Shown: piece after piece, positions 55,583-64,000 of the stretch
Numbering within the stretch: position 1 is the stretch's first letter
Layout: each line of letters opens with the position of its first letter
Program-made: the position numbers and the translations under genes
The notes under the pieces: generated by a model
The model's database searches: none
What the model saw: the letters and a program-made list of their open reading frames with translations, nothing else
What the model was told of the DNA's origin: nothing
NCBI GenBank assembly: GCA_031399085.1
Contig: JANNOQ010000095.1
Location: 13,247 to 77,246, forward strand
Direction of reading: 5' to 3'
Length of the DNA stretch: 64,000 bases
DNA from: Rhodomicrobium sp.
GTDB taxonomy: Bacteria > Pseudomonadota > Alphaproteobacteria > Rhizobiales > Rhodomicrobiaceae

Positions 55583-56649
55583 ACGAAACCGAAGTGAAAA
55601 AGAAGGGCGTGTTCGGGCGTCTGTTCGGTAAGGACGATTCGCAGTCCTCGTTGACTTCGACCGCCCTTGAGGAACCCGGGAAGCCCGTCGAGACGCGGGA
55701 TATTCCGCAGCACGAAAGCAACGCCGCGCCGGTCCCGGCAAGCTGGTTCCAGCGATTGCGGCAGGGTCTGTCAAAGACGTCCTCGCAGCTCACGCAAGGC
55801 ATCACCGGCGTTTTCACCAAGCGCGAGCTTGACGTGGCAACGCTGGAAGCGCTGGAAGATCTGCTAATCCGGGCGGATCTCGGCGTCATCATGGCAACCC
55901 GCATCAGCGGCCGGCTGTCCGAAGGCCGCTTCGATAAGGACATCTCGCCCGAGGCGGTCAGCGCGATCCTTGCCGAAGAAGTGGAGGCCGCGCTGCGGCC
56001 GGTGGCCAAGCCGCTCGTCATCGACCGCACGCATCACCCTCACATTATTCTCGTCGTCGGCGTCAATGGGACGGGCAAAACCACGACGATTGGCAAACTG
56101 GCCCGGCTTTTCACGGCTGAAGGCAAGCGCGTCATGCTTGCAGCAGGCGACACGTTCCGCGCGGCGGCCGTCGAGCAGCTCAAGATTTGGGGCGAGCGCA
56201 GCGGCGTCCCGGTTATCGCCGGGGAGACCGGGGCCGACGCCGCCGGGCTGGCATTCGACGCGCTGCGCAGGGCGCGTGAGGACGACCGCGACATCGTCAT
56301 CATCGACACCGCCGGCCGTTTGCAAAACAAGGCCAATCTGATGGCGGAATTGGAAAAGATTATCCGCGTCATCAAAAAGTTCGACCCGACCGGCCCGCAC
56401 ACGGTATTACTCACCCTCGATGCGACAACCGGTCAGAACGCTTTGAATCAGGTGGAGATTTTCGGCAAGATCGCCGGCGTCACCGGGCTGATCATGACCA
56501 AGCTCGACGGCACCGCACGCGGCGGCATTCTCGTCGCCATCGCCGACAAATTTAAACTCCCCGTCCATGCTATTGGCGTGGGCGAAGGCATTGACGATCT
56601 TCAGCCATTCGACGCCCGGGACTTCGCCCGGGCCATAGCCGGATTGTAA
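55579..56649 (+). CDS. ftsY: signal recognition particle-docking protein FtsY
   Basis: GTG start overlapping the mtaB stop. Motifs are GVNGTGKTTTIGKLA, DTAGRLQNK and TKLDGTARGG. Confidence 0.94.
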   Translation: MNETEVKKKGVFGRLFGKDDSQSSLTSTALEEPGKPVETRDIPQHESNAAPVPASWFQRLRQGLSKTSSQLTQGITGVFTKRELDVATLEALEDLLIRADLGVIMATRISGRLSEGRFDKDISPEAVSAILAEEVEAALRPVAKPLVIDRTHHPHIILVVGVNGTGKTTTIGKLARLFTAEGKRVMLAAGDTFRAAAVEQLKIWGERSGVPVIAGETGADAAGLAFDALRRAREDDRDIVIIDTAGRLQNKANLMAELEKIIRVIKKFDPTGPHTVLLTLDATTGQNALNQVEIFGKIAGVTGLIMTKLDGTARGGILVAIADKFKLPVHAIGVGEGIDDLQPFDARDFARAIAGL

Positions 56650-56670
56650 CGCGCAACCAAGGGACGTGCT

Positions 56671-57321
56671 GTGTTAAAGGGACTATCCTCATCCACGAAG
56701 CTTGTCATCAAGCTTGTCATTGAGTTTATGCCGCTCGCGCTGTTCTTCTTGGCGAGCACGAAGTATGATTTTTTCATCAGCACTGCCATTCTGATGGGCG
56801 CAACCGTCGTTTCGCTCATCGCGGCATGGTATTTGTTCCGGCAGCTGGCGTTGATGGCGATCATTACGGCGGCGACCGGCATTGTCGCCGGCGGCATTAC
56901 GCTGGTCTTGGACGATCCGATGTACATTCAGATGAAGCCGACAATCGTCAGCTTCCTCTTCGCTATGATTTTGCTGACCGGATTGATCTTCGACAAACCG
57001 CTATTCAAGGTGTTGCTTGGGCAGAGTTTGCACTTGACCGAGCAGGGCTGGAGGGTTTTGACTTGGCTTTGGTTCGGTTATTTTCTTTTCATCACCGGCT
57101 TGAACGAGTTTATTTGGCGGAATTATTCGTGGGAATTCTGGGCCGCATTCAAGGCATTTGGGCTTATGCCGCTGACAGTGCTTTACGCTGTTCCGCAAAT
57201 CTTTCTTTTGAAAAGATACCGGCCGGAGGAAGCGGAGGTCGAAACGTCCTTCAGTTTCGGCAAAATGAACGCAAAGTCGTTGCCATTAAAGGCCCGCCCC
57301 GTGGAAAGCACCACCCCCTGA
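56671..57321 (+). CDS. yciB: septation protein A / inner-membrane protein YciB (IspZ), paralog 1
   Basis: GTG start, 216 aa. Motifs are EFMPLALFFLAS...MKPTIVSFLFAMILL...LNEFIWRNYSWEFWAAFKAFGLMPLT. It has a C-terminal hydrophilic extension. Confidence 0.85.
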   Translation: MLKGLSSSTKLVIKLVIEFMPLALFFLASTKYDFFISTAILMGATVVSLIAAWYLFRQLALMAIITAATGIVAGGITLVLDDPMYIQMKPTIVSFLFAMILLTGLIFDKPLFKVLLGQSLHLTEQGWRVLTWLWFGYFLFITGLNEFIWRNYSWEFWAAFKAFGLMPLTVLYAVPQIFLLKRYRPEEAEVETSFSFGKMNAKSLPLKARPVESTTP

Positions 57322-57342
57322 CCGCTTGCGCGGGAGCCCCAA

Positions 57343-57903
57343 GTGCCTATATCAAAACTCGCTTTCGAATTCGGCCCGCTTTTGGTGTTCTTTCTCACCA
57401 ATAGCCTGTCCGACCTGCAAACCGCCACGGCCGCCCTCATGGTGGCAACGGTGATTTCCCTCGTCGCCAGCAAGTTGGTTCTGAAGAAAATTCCTGTCAT
57501 GCCGTTGGTCACAGGCGGCGTGGTGATGGTGTTCGGCGCGCTTACGCTCATTTTGAAGGACGATACTTTCATCAAGATGAAACCAACCATCGTAAATCTG
57601 CTGTTTGCCGGGGCGTTAACGGCTGGCTTATTCTTCGGGCGTTCACTGATCAAAATCGTGCTTGAAGAGGCCATCAAGCTGCAAGACGAAGGATGGCGGA
57701 AGCTCACCATCCGCTGGGCGCTGTTTTTTGTTTTCCTGGCCGTGCTCAATGAAATCGTCTGGCGGGGCTTCTCTACCGACACCTGGGTGGCCTTCAAAAC
57801 CTTCGGGATCATGCCCATCACGTTTGTGTTCATGATGGCGCAAATCGGCCTGTTGCAAAAATATCAAATCCCAGAAGTTATCGCGGATGCCCCTTCACGT
57901 TAA
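57343..57903 (+). CDS. yciB: septation protein A / YciB (IspZ), paralog 2
   Basis: 186 aa. Motifs are FEFGPLLVFFLTN...MKPTIVNLLFAGALT...LNEIVWRGFSTDTWVAFKTFGIMPIT. It is collinear with paralog 1. Confidence 0.88.
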   Translation: MPISKLAFEFGPLLVFFLTNSLSDLQTATAALMVATVISLVASKLVLKKIPVMPLVTGGVVMVFGALTLILKDDTFIKMKPTIVNLLFAGALTAGLFFGRSLIKIVLEEAIKLQDEGWRKLTIRWALFFVFLAVLNEIVWRGFSTDTWVAFKTFGIMPITFVFMMAQIGLLQKYQIPEVIADAPSR

Positions 57904-57981
57904 TTTGCGATAATCCTGTTATATTTTCAGATTAATCATAGGTGTAGCCGCTACGAAAGGCGGTGGCCGTTTGGCCGCGCG

Positions 57982-57999
57982 ATGTGCGTTCTCGCACAT
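57982..57999. promoter_or_regulatory. perfect inverted repeat ATGTGCG-TTCT-CGCACAT (candidate MarR operator)
   Basis: Read directly from the sequence. An extra half-site, CATGTGCGCG, follows at 58009-58018. The repeat lies about 80 bp upstream of the marR start (58077). Confidence 0.4.
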
Positions 58000-58076
58000 G
58001 CGGGGCGTCATGTGCGCGCGGAGCTTTCCCCGAAGGCCACGCTTACCGAAACCTGAGAGCCACATCGTTTATTTGT

Positions 58077-58610
58077 ATGAGTTCACGCAGCACGACACCG
58101 GCGAGCAAGGCCCTGACGAAGGGCGTCAGTGAAAAGACATCGTCCGGCATGAAGGGCGCTTCGCTCCCGCCGGCCTTTCACGGCTCCGCCAGCCATCTCT
58201 TCCACAGGGCCGAACAATGCGCCGGAGACCTCTTCACGCGGCTGGCCCCACCTAACTCGCTCACCCCGCGTCAATTTGCCATTCTCGCGGCTATCGAGGC
58301 AAATGAAGGCATTAGTCAGACCGGGCTTGTCGAAAAAACAGGCATCGACCGATCGACGCTTGCCGACATCGTGCGCCGGATGCTCGACAAGGACCTAGTT
58401 CAGCGCCAGCGCACCGCTGAGGACGCCAGGGCCTACGCCGTGCGGCTGACCCGTAAGGGCAGCACGATGCTCAGGAAAATGCGCCCCTATGCCGAGGAGG
58501 TGGACCGGCGCATTGTCGAGGCCATCCCGGCGGCGCATCGCACGCTTTTTCTGACTGTCCTGGCGCAAATGGTCGACACTTTGGCTGCGGGCGACGAGCC
58601 GGACGAATAG
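58077..58610 (+). CDS. MarR family transcriptional regulator
   Basis: Lies in ORF 57963..58610; the likely start is ATG 58077 (MSSRSTTPASK). The wHTH is LTPRQFAILAAIEANEGISQTGLVEKTGIDRSTLADIVRRMLDKDLVQR. Confidence 0.88.
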   Translation: MSSRSTTPASKALTKGVSEKTSSGMKGASLPPAFHGSASHLFHRAEQCAGDLFTRLAPPNSLTPRQFAILAAIEANEGISQTGLVEKTGIDRSTLADIVRRMLDKDLVQRQRTAEDARAYAVRLTRKGSTMLRKMRPYAEEVDRRIVEAIPAAHRTLFLTVLAQMVDTLAAGDEPDE

Positions 58611-58709
58611 GCGGATCTCAATTTTAGTAGCAAGGCTCTGGTAAAACCGGGACGCTTGCCCTATCTTATGGTCACGTTGAGTATATGGATGTGGGTGTTT
58701 TTGCCCCCT

Positions 58710-58732
58710 ATTATGCTCAATCTGAGTATAAT
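58710..58732. promoter_or_regulatory. 23-bp near-perfect palindrome ATTATGCTCA-ATC-TGAGTATAAT upstream of nadA (candidate NAD-regulon operator overlapping a TATAAT box)
   Basis: The arms are 10 bp with one mismatch. A related half-site, TTGAGTATAT, lies at 58677-58686. The palindrome is 34 bp upstream of the probable nadA start. Confidence 0.45.
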
Positions 58733-58765
58733 TCGCCTCCGATCAAACGAGGCATGGAGAGTAAA

Positions 58766-59824
58766 ATGGCGGCAGTCAGCTTGAATCTCGCCCGGCGCGT
58801 CAGCCCTGCGGCGCGGCCCTTGCCATTACCGGGACTGGAGTACACCAAAGAGGTGGCGCGGGAGACGGCGCATTTTTACGAACGCGTCGCCTCGGTCATA
58901 CCGTCCGTCGAGTGGCCGGCTTTCGCGCCCTATGTCAAAGCGATCAACGATCTCAAGCGCGAGCGCAACGCGACCATCCTGGCGCATAATTACATGACGC
59001 CGGAGATCTTCCACTGCGTGGCCGATTTCGTTGGCGACTCGCTCCAACTCGCCAAGGAGGCCGCCAAGACCGACGCCGATGTCATCGTCCAGTGCGGCGT
59101 GCATTTCATGGCGGAAACCTCGAAAATTCTCAATCCGAACAAGACGGTGTTGATCCCTGACAGCCGCGCCGGCTGCTCGCTCGCCGCCTCGATCACGGGC
59201 GCGGACGTGCGGATGCTTCGCCAAGCCTATCCGGGCGTGCCCATCGTCACCTATGTGAACACCTCCGCCGAAGTGAAGGCCGAGAGCGACATATGCTGCA
59301 CCTCGTCCAACGCGGTGAAGGTCGTCGAGAGCATGGGTGCTCCGAGCGTCATCATGCTTCCGGACGAATATTTGGCGAAATATGTGGCGACGCAAACCGA
59401 TGTGAAGATCATCGCGTGGCACGGCCATTGCGAAGTGCATGAGCGCTTCACTGGCGCTGAGCTGCGCGGCTTTCGCGAGGCGCATCCGGGCCTGAAGATC
59501 ATCGCCCATCCCGAATGCGCCCCCGATGTCATCGGCGAGGCCGACTTTACGGGTTCGACCCAGGGGATGATCGGCTGGGTGAAGGATCACCGGCCGCCCA
59601 AGGTGCTACTCGTCACCGAATGTTCGATGAGTCACAATGTTGAGGCGGAAACGCCGGGCGTGCAATTCATTCGCCCGTGCAATTTCTGCCCGCACATGAA
59701 ACGCATTACCTTGCCGAAGATTCTGAATTCGCTGGTGACGATGGAGGAAGAGGTCACGGTCGATCCGATCGTAGCCGTGCAGGCCCGCAGGGCCGTGGAG
59801 CGGATGATCAATCTCACGAATTAG
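58766..59824 (+). CDS. nadA: quinolinate synthase NadA
   Basis: Lies in ORF 58685..59824; the best start is ATG 58766 (GGAGAG 4 nt upstream; MAAVSLNL...). Motifs are [33 protein letters not shown] and HGHCEVHE. Confidence 0.93.
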   Translation: MAAVSLNLARRVSPAARPLPLPGLEYTKEVARETAHFYERVASVIPSVEWPAFAPYVKAINDLKRERNATILAHNYMTPEIFHCVADFVGDSLQLAKEAAKTDADVIVQCGVHFMAETSKILNPNKTVLIPDSRAGCSLAASITGADVRMLRQAYPGVPIVTYVNTSAEVKAESDICCTSSNAVKVVESMGAPSVIMLPDEYLAKYVATQTDVKIIAWHGHCEVHERFTGAELRGFREAHPGLKIIAHPECAPDVIGEADFTGSTQGMIGWVKDHRPPKVLLVTECSMSHNVEAETPGVQFIRPCNFCPHMKRITLPKILNSLVTMEEEVTVDPIVAVQARRAVERMINLTN

Positions 59825-60061
59825 CCTGATGAGGAAAAGTGGAAACTGGTTTTCCGCTCGTCATCCGGCTTTAGACATAGGAATTAGCTGCCCGCATCAT
59901 GCGCCCACGCAGCAAGAAAGCGAGGACCCGACTCCTCGCTTTCCCGATGTCTGCGATTGGGACTGAAACGACGGCGAGCGATGGGCAACGCCATGTTCCA
60001 ATCATTATCCTAACATGCGTCGGTTCTGACGCAATCGTCATCTATGACATTATTGTATCAA

Positions 60062-60325
60062 TCAGTAGCGGACGGCGCCCGGCCGCACTGCCAGGTCGCG
60101 GGAGATATCGAATTCGTCGCCATCCCCTTTGAGTAAGCCAATCTGGTCGAAATCCGCATCGAGCAGAGGGTCGGCAAAGAAGCAATAGACGTCATCGAAA
60201 TCGCTCGACGGTTTTCCGCCGCCCATAAAATCCATATTGCTTTTCCGAATTTCGAATAAGTCCCGAAAGCGCGCCATGACATCTTCTCCGTACCGGGCAG
60301 TCGATGTCAGCCAAAAATCTGACAT
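60062..60325 (-). CDS. small acidic hypothetical protein
   Basis: 87 aa with GAGGCGGAAGG immediately upstream of the ATG. The sequence is MSDFWLTSTARYGEDVMARFRDLFEIRKSNMDFMGGGKPSSDFDDVYCFFADPLLDADFDQIGLLKGDGDEFDISRDL... It is an isolated gene in a lower-GC gap. I recognise no family. Confidence 0.5.
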   Translation of the reverse strand: MSDFWLTSTARYGEDVMARFRDLFEIRKSNMDFMGGGKPSSDFDDVYCFFADPLLDADFDQIGLLKGDGDEFDISRDLAVRPGAVRY

Positions 60326-60438
60326 CCTTCCGCCTCATCTGATTTCAATGATCAGATAACAGGCGAGGCTTAGGCTTTATTCGCCGGACGAAGGATTTTT
60401 GCTTTTTGTAGGTGGAAGGCGCGAGAGGCGGTCAATCA

Positions 60439-61209
60439 TCAGAATGCGCCATGCCGACCCGTGCCCGATGCGAACCGTGCCGCGCCGTCATGAGCTTCGC
60501 CGGTCCCGATGGTGTCGAGGCCTCGCGCGACCTCGTTCCGTTGCGCCTCGTGGTCGGTGAGGCTCCATTGTTCGAGCATCGACATCCGGTCGTTTCGCAT
60601 CGCCGTTTGCGGGAAGCTGGAGATTTCACCGGCGAGCGCGACCGCTGACTCAAGCGCCACGCCATTCTCCGTCAACCGATTGACCAGCCCGATCGCATAA
60701 GCCTCTTCGGCCGAAATCTTACGGCCGGTGAGCACCAAGTCCATCGCCCGCGAGTGGCCGATAAGGCGCGGCAACCGCACCGTCCCTAAATCAATGAGCG
60801 GGACGCCGAAGCGGCGGTTAAAAATGCCCAGATAGGCCGAGCGCGCCGCGACGCGAAGATCGCACCACAGCGCAAGCTCCATGCCGCCGGCAACCGCTGG
60901 CCCCTCGATTGCGGCAATCACCGGCTTCCCGAGAACAAGCCGCGTCGGTCCCATCGGTGCAAGATCGCCGTCCGGCTCGATGGGCTTGCGTTCGCCCTCC
61001 GCAAGCGCCCGAAGGTCTGCGCCCGCGCAAAACGCGCCGCCATTGCCGGTGAGGATGGCGACGTCCGCCTCGGCGTCGGCGTCAAAATCGCGGAAGGCGT
61101 CATACAGCGCTCGCGCCGTCGCCAGATCGACGGCGTTGCGCCGCTCGGGCCGGTCGATGGCGACGATCAGCGTGCGGTTTTTTCGGGCTATAGACAGTGG
61201 CGCGTTCAT
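60439..61209 (-). CDS. enoyl-CoA hydratase/isomerase (crotonase) family protein
   Basis: 256 aa with the oxyanion-hole motifs GNGGAFCAGADL and IAAIEGPAVAGGMELALWCDLRVA. Confidence 0.9.
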   Translation of the reverse strand: MNAPLSIARKNRTLIVAIDRPERRNAVDLATARALYDAFRDFDADAEADVAILTGNGGAFCAGADLRALAEGERKPIEPDGDLAPMGPTRLVLGKPVIAAIEGPAVAGGMELALWCDLRVAARSAYLGIFNRRFGVPLIDLGTVRLPRLIGHSRAMDLVLTGRKISAEEAYAIGLVNRLTENGVALESAVALAGEISSFPQTAMRNDRMSMLEQWSLTDHEAQRNEVARGLDTIGTGEAHDGAARFASGTGRHGAF

Positions 61210-61314
61210 TGGAGGACTCCTTAAACTGATAGGATCATCACAACGCCCGCGCCTGGGAATTTCAATGAAAAATCGGCCCGCGCTTATAGGAAGCCGAACC
61301 CGTAGCCGCCCCGG

Positions 61315-63441
61315 TCAGCGCAACCTTACCGTCACGCGGTCGACCCTGCCCTCCGCGTCGATCACCGACAGTTGCACGAAGCCCTCGCCGCTCGGCGTCC
61401 AGAACGTTTCGCGGCGATGCGGCGCGGTCGCGATCGGCGCGCCGTTGATGAGCCAGGTCAGCGGCAAGACCCCGCCTTCCGCCTTGAAGGCGAGTGGCAG
61501 GCGCGTGCCGTCCTTCTCCTTTTCGACCTCAAGCTCGGCGCGGTCGGGCGGGAAGGCGATGTGCACCGGCGGATCGGCGCTGGCGATTTCGGTGGCCGAG
61601 GCGCTGGCCGGCTCGCGGAATTTCACCAGCGGCGGCGGCAGCGTCGTCGTGGACGCGGACATGACGCCGTTGGGCGGCGGTGGAAGCGGCACGCGGTCGG
61701 AGCCGATTTGCGCGAAAATGTCGAACAGAAAAGGCGCGGCTTTGGTCAGGCCGGTAAGCCCCGGCGTCGGCGTGCCGTCCGGCCGGCCGATCCAGACCGC
61801 GACCACATGCTGGCCATCGAACCCGGCGGCCCAGGCATCGCGGAAACCATAGGATGTGCCGGTCTTGAAGGCGATGCCGCCGCCCTTGGCGTGCGACGGC
61901 GGCGGCGCGCCGCGCAGAATATCGGCGACGTACCAAGCGGCCTCGGGGCTTAACAGAGGCTCGGCGGTAGCGTGACGGAGCGCCTCGCCGCTTTGCCGGT
62001 AGGTGAGGGCCAGCGGTTCGCCGCCACGGGCGATTGCGGTGTACAGACCGGCCAGCTCTTCCAGCCTGAGCCCGACGCCGCCAAGCGCCACCGCGAGATT
62101 GCGCGGCACATCCATCTCGAATCCGGCTTGCCTGATGCGGGCGGAGAGCCGCGCCGGGCCGATCGCCGCCAGCATTTTCACGGCGGGAATGTTGAGCGAA
62201 AGCTGAAGCGCCTGCCGCACCGTCACCGCGCCATGATAGCTATTGTCGAAATTCTCCGGCGCGTAGCCGCCGAAGCGGGCGGGGCGATCTTGGATCAGCG
62301 TTTCGGGATGGGCCTGCCCCGCCTCGAAGGCCAGACCGTAGATGACGGGCTTCAATGCCGACCCTGGGGAGCGCACCGCCTGGGTCATGTCGATCGGTCC
62401 ATTGCGGTCCTGATCGAAATAGCCGGCTGAGCCGATATGCGCGAGCACCTCGCCGGTTCGATGGTCGATCACGATCGCGGCGGCCGACAGTTTCGGACCG
62501 GCGCTTGCGGCGTGGCGCGCGGCGACCGCCTCGGCGCCCTCTTGGAGACGGGCCTCGATGGTCAGCCCGATGACGGTGTCCTCGGACGTCGCCGCGAGGC
62601 GCTCGGACAGGTGAGCGGCGAGCGAGGGAAAATTATAGCGCTCGGCGCGGACGGTCTGCTGCTTGGCGAAATCCGCCTCGGCGCGGCTGATGACCCCCGC
62701 GGCGGCGGCGCGGTCGATGACGCGGTCGCGGGCATGGCGCGCGGCGGTTGCGTCGCGGTCGGGGCGGCGCTGTTCGGGGGATTGCGGCAGGGCGACGAGC
62801 AGCGCGGCTTCGGCGACGGTCAGACGCCGCGGCTCCTTGCCGAAATAGGCGAGCGAGGCGGCGCGCACGCCCTCGATATTGCCGCCGAAGGGCGCCAGCC
62901 GCATGTACAGCTCAAGCACCTGGCGCTTGGTCAGGATCCCCTCAAGCTGCCAGGCGCGGAACACCTGTCCGATTTTGGCGAAATAGGACCGCGTCGGCCG
63001 GTCGTCGAGCAGCCGCGCCGTCTGCATGGTCAATGTGGACGCGCCGGAGACCGGGCGGCCCGAGCGGATGAACTGCCAGAGCGCGCGGGCAATGGCGCGG
63101 CTGTCGACGCCGCCATGCTCGTGGAAGCGGCGGTCCTCGTAGGCAAGCAGAAGCTGGAAATAGCGCGGATCGACCTCATCGACGGAGACGGGAAGCCGCC
63201 ACAGGCCATCGGGCGTGGTGAAGGGGCGCAGCAACCGCCCATTCCGGTCGAGCACAAGCTTGGAGCTGATTTGCGTCGCGGCGAGGGGCGGCGGTCCAAG
63301 CCAGGCCATCGCGCCGAAATAGGCCGCCGGAATGAGCGCGCCGAGGCTCAACAGCACAGCTACGGTCACGCGCGCTCGCGATGAGACGCGCCGGCCCACC
63401 AACGCCTTCATCCGTCGCGCGATGCCGGGCTTACCACCCAT
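61315..63441 (-). CDS. pbpC: penicillin-binding protein 1C
   Basis: 708 aa with the glycosyltransferase-51 motif (AYEDRRFHEHGGVD, GASTLTMQ), a transpeptidase SxxK (SPGSALKP) and a C-terminal PbpC-specific domain. It lies immediately downstream of an alpha-2-macroglobulin gene. Confidence 0.92.
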   Translation of the reverse strand: MGGKPGIARRMKALVGRRVSSRARVTVAVLLSLGALIPAAYFGAMAWLGPPPLAATQISSKLVLDRNGRLLRPFTTPDGLWRLPVSVDEVDPRYFQLLLAYEDRRFHEHGGVDSRAIARALWQFIRSGRPVSGASTLTMQTARLLDDRPTRSYFAKIGQVFRAWQLEGILTKRQVLELYMRLAPFGGNIEGVRAASLAYFGKEPRRLTVAEAALLVALPQSPEQRRPDRDATAARHARDRVIDRAAAAGVISRAEADFAKQQTVRAERYNFPSLAAHLSERLAATSEDTVIGLTIEARLQEGAEAVAARHAASAGPKLSAAAIVIDHRTGEVLAHIGSAGYFDQDRNGPIDMTQAVRSPGSALKPVIYGLAFEAGQAHPETLIQDRPARFGGYAPENFDNSYHGAVTVRQALQLSLNIPAVKMLAAIGPARLSARIRQAGFEMDVPRNLAVALGGVGLRLEELAGLYTAIARGGEPLALTYRQSGEALRHATAEPLLSPEAAWYVADILRGAPPPSHAKGGGIAFKTGTSYGFRDAWAAGFDGQHVVAVWIGRPDGTPTPGLTGLTKAAPFLFDIFAQIGSDRVPLPPPPNGVMSASTTTLPPPLVKFREPASASATEIASADPPVHIAFPPDRAELEVEKEKDGTRLPLAFKAEGGVLPLTWLINGAPIATAPHRRETFWTPSGEGFVQLSVIDAEGRVDRVTVRLR

Positions 63442-63462
63442 CGCTCACCTCCGGGCGCCGCT

Positions 63463-64000
63463 TCAGCGCAAGATCTCGACCTTGCCCGGCGCGGTGCGCG
63501 CGAAGCGTTCAGGGCGGTACATATCCTCCACATAGGCGCCCGGATGGGTGTAACTTCCCGGAGCGACCGCGCGCATGACATAGGCGAGCGCGTAGTTCGC
63601 GGCCTGCCGGTTGGTATCGGTCTGCGAGAATGCCGCCGTGAAACGGTCGTCGCGGAAGGCCGTGTGCGCGGGGTTCGCGCCCGCATCCAGCCAGGCGAAG
63701 GCTTTCAGGTCCGCGCCTTTGACAAGCTTGGGATTTTCGATCTCGAAGCCCGCCGGGAGCCGGTCCTCGATGACGATGTGGCCGAGCTTGGCTTCCGTCT
63801 CGCTGACTTTCAGCACGACGACGAAGCGATCGTTCTGCTTGACGCGGTCGAACGCCGCCTCCTTGCCGTCCGGCGAATAGACCCGGCGCTCGATCGTAAA
63901 GCCCGACGCGGCCGCCGGCTCCGGCGTTGCCGACGCGCCGTTCACGATCACCGAAACACTGACCGGCTGCGCGGTGGTGTTCTTGATGACGAGCGGCGCG
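63463..64000 (-). CDS. alpha-2-macroglobulin family protein (YfhM-like), C-terminal part only
   Basis: The frame is open from 64000 (hand-checked: ...APLVIKNTTAQPVSVSVIVNGASATPEP...) to the stop at 63463. The C-terminal pattern is IVIEDRLPAGFEIENP...YVMRAVAPGSYTHPGAYVEDMYRPE. This is the classic pairing with pbpC. Confidence 0.85.
   Translation of the reverse strand, partial: APLVIKNTTAQPVSVSVIVNGASATPEPAAASGFTIERRVYSPDGKEAAFDRVKQNDRFVVVLKVSETEAKLGHIVIEDRLPAGFEIENPKLVKGADLKAFAWLDAGANPAHTAFRDDRFTAAFSQTDTNRQAANYALAYVMRAVAPGSYTHPGAYVEDMYRPERFARTAPGKVEILR

Noticed and set aside
1-64000. Scan for CRISPR arrays, rRNA, additional tRNAs, IS elements, transposases, integrases, toxin-antitoxin pairs and multi-gene defence operons.
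   Set aside because: I saw no regularly spaced repeats, no rRNA-like segments, no DDE or tyrosine-recombinase motifs in any listed ORF, and no other T-arm (GGTTCGAA / TTCGAACC) signatures in the intergenic regions I read. Apart from Mrr, no defence-type domain was recognised. This was a by-eye scan and could miss small or degenerate elements.

Overview
This is a high-GC chromosomal segment. Sample 60-nt lines I hand-counted in core genes are about 60-70% GC. Gene content and synteny point to an alphaproteobacterium, probably Hyphomicrobiales/Rhizobiales; that assignment is inference and was not searched. The supporting blocks are tmk-holB-metG-tatD, ugd-serB / miaA-ilvBN, hisI-folE, xth/pdxH/fabI, aroC, acnA, ccmAB..ccmCDG, dapF-mtaB-ftsY-yciB, nadA and alpha-2-macroglobulin-pbpC, together with a Rhizobiales-style porin and GGGAGAGGG hairpin repeats. 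I can support about 62 protein-coding genes and one tRNA-Ser(UGA). I saw no rRNA, no CRISPR array and no recognisable transposase or integrase. Most of the window is ordinary housekeeping DNA, and no clear multi-gene novel system (for example a defence operon) is visible. The candidates most worth a second look are:
(1) An orphan 383-aa membrane / coiled-coil / putative winged-helix protein at 15169-16320. It sits in an accessory-looking patch (14.9-19.1 kb) bounded by a composite palindromic element, followed by 488 bp of non-coding DNA and a low-GC polyprenyl-phosphate-type GT2 gene.
(2) A low-GC Mrr-family restriction endonuclease gene inserted in antisense orientation between ccmB and ccmC.
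(3) An EVE (PUA-like) domain protein fused to a histone-H1-like Ala/Lys/Pro tail.
(4) Low-GC DNA abutting the 3' end of tRNA-Ser at the left window edge, which may be an island boundary.
(5) A long structured folE leader that may be a THF-II/folE-motif riboswitch.
(6) Several palindromic operator candidates (nadA, marR, lysR, and the gntR/HK intergenic region).
(7) A tandem yciB duplication and a dctQM pair with no dctP.
All family calls come from reading motifs in the supplied translations. No database search was run.
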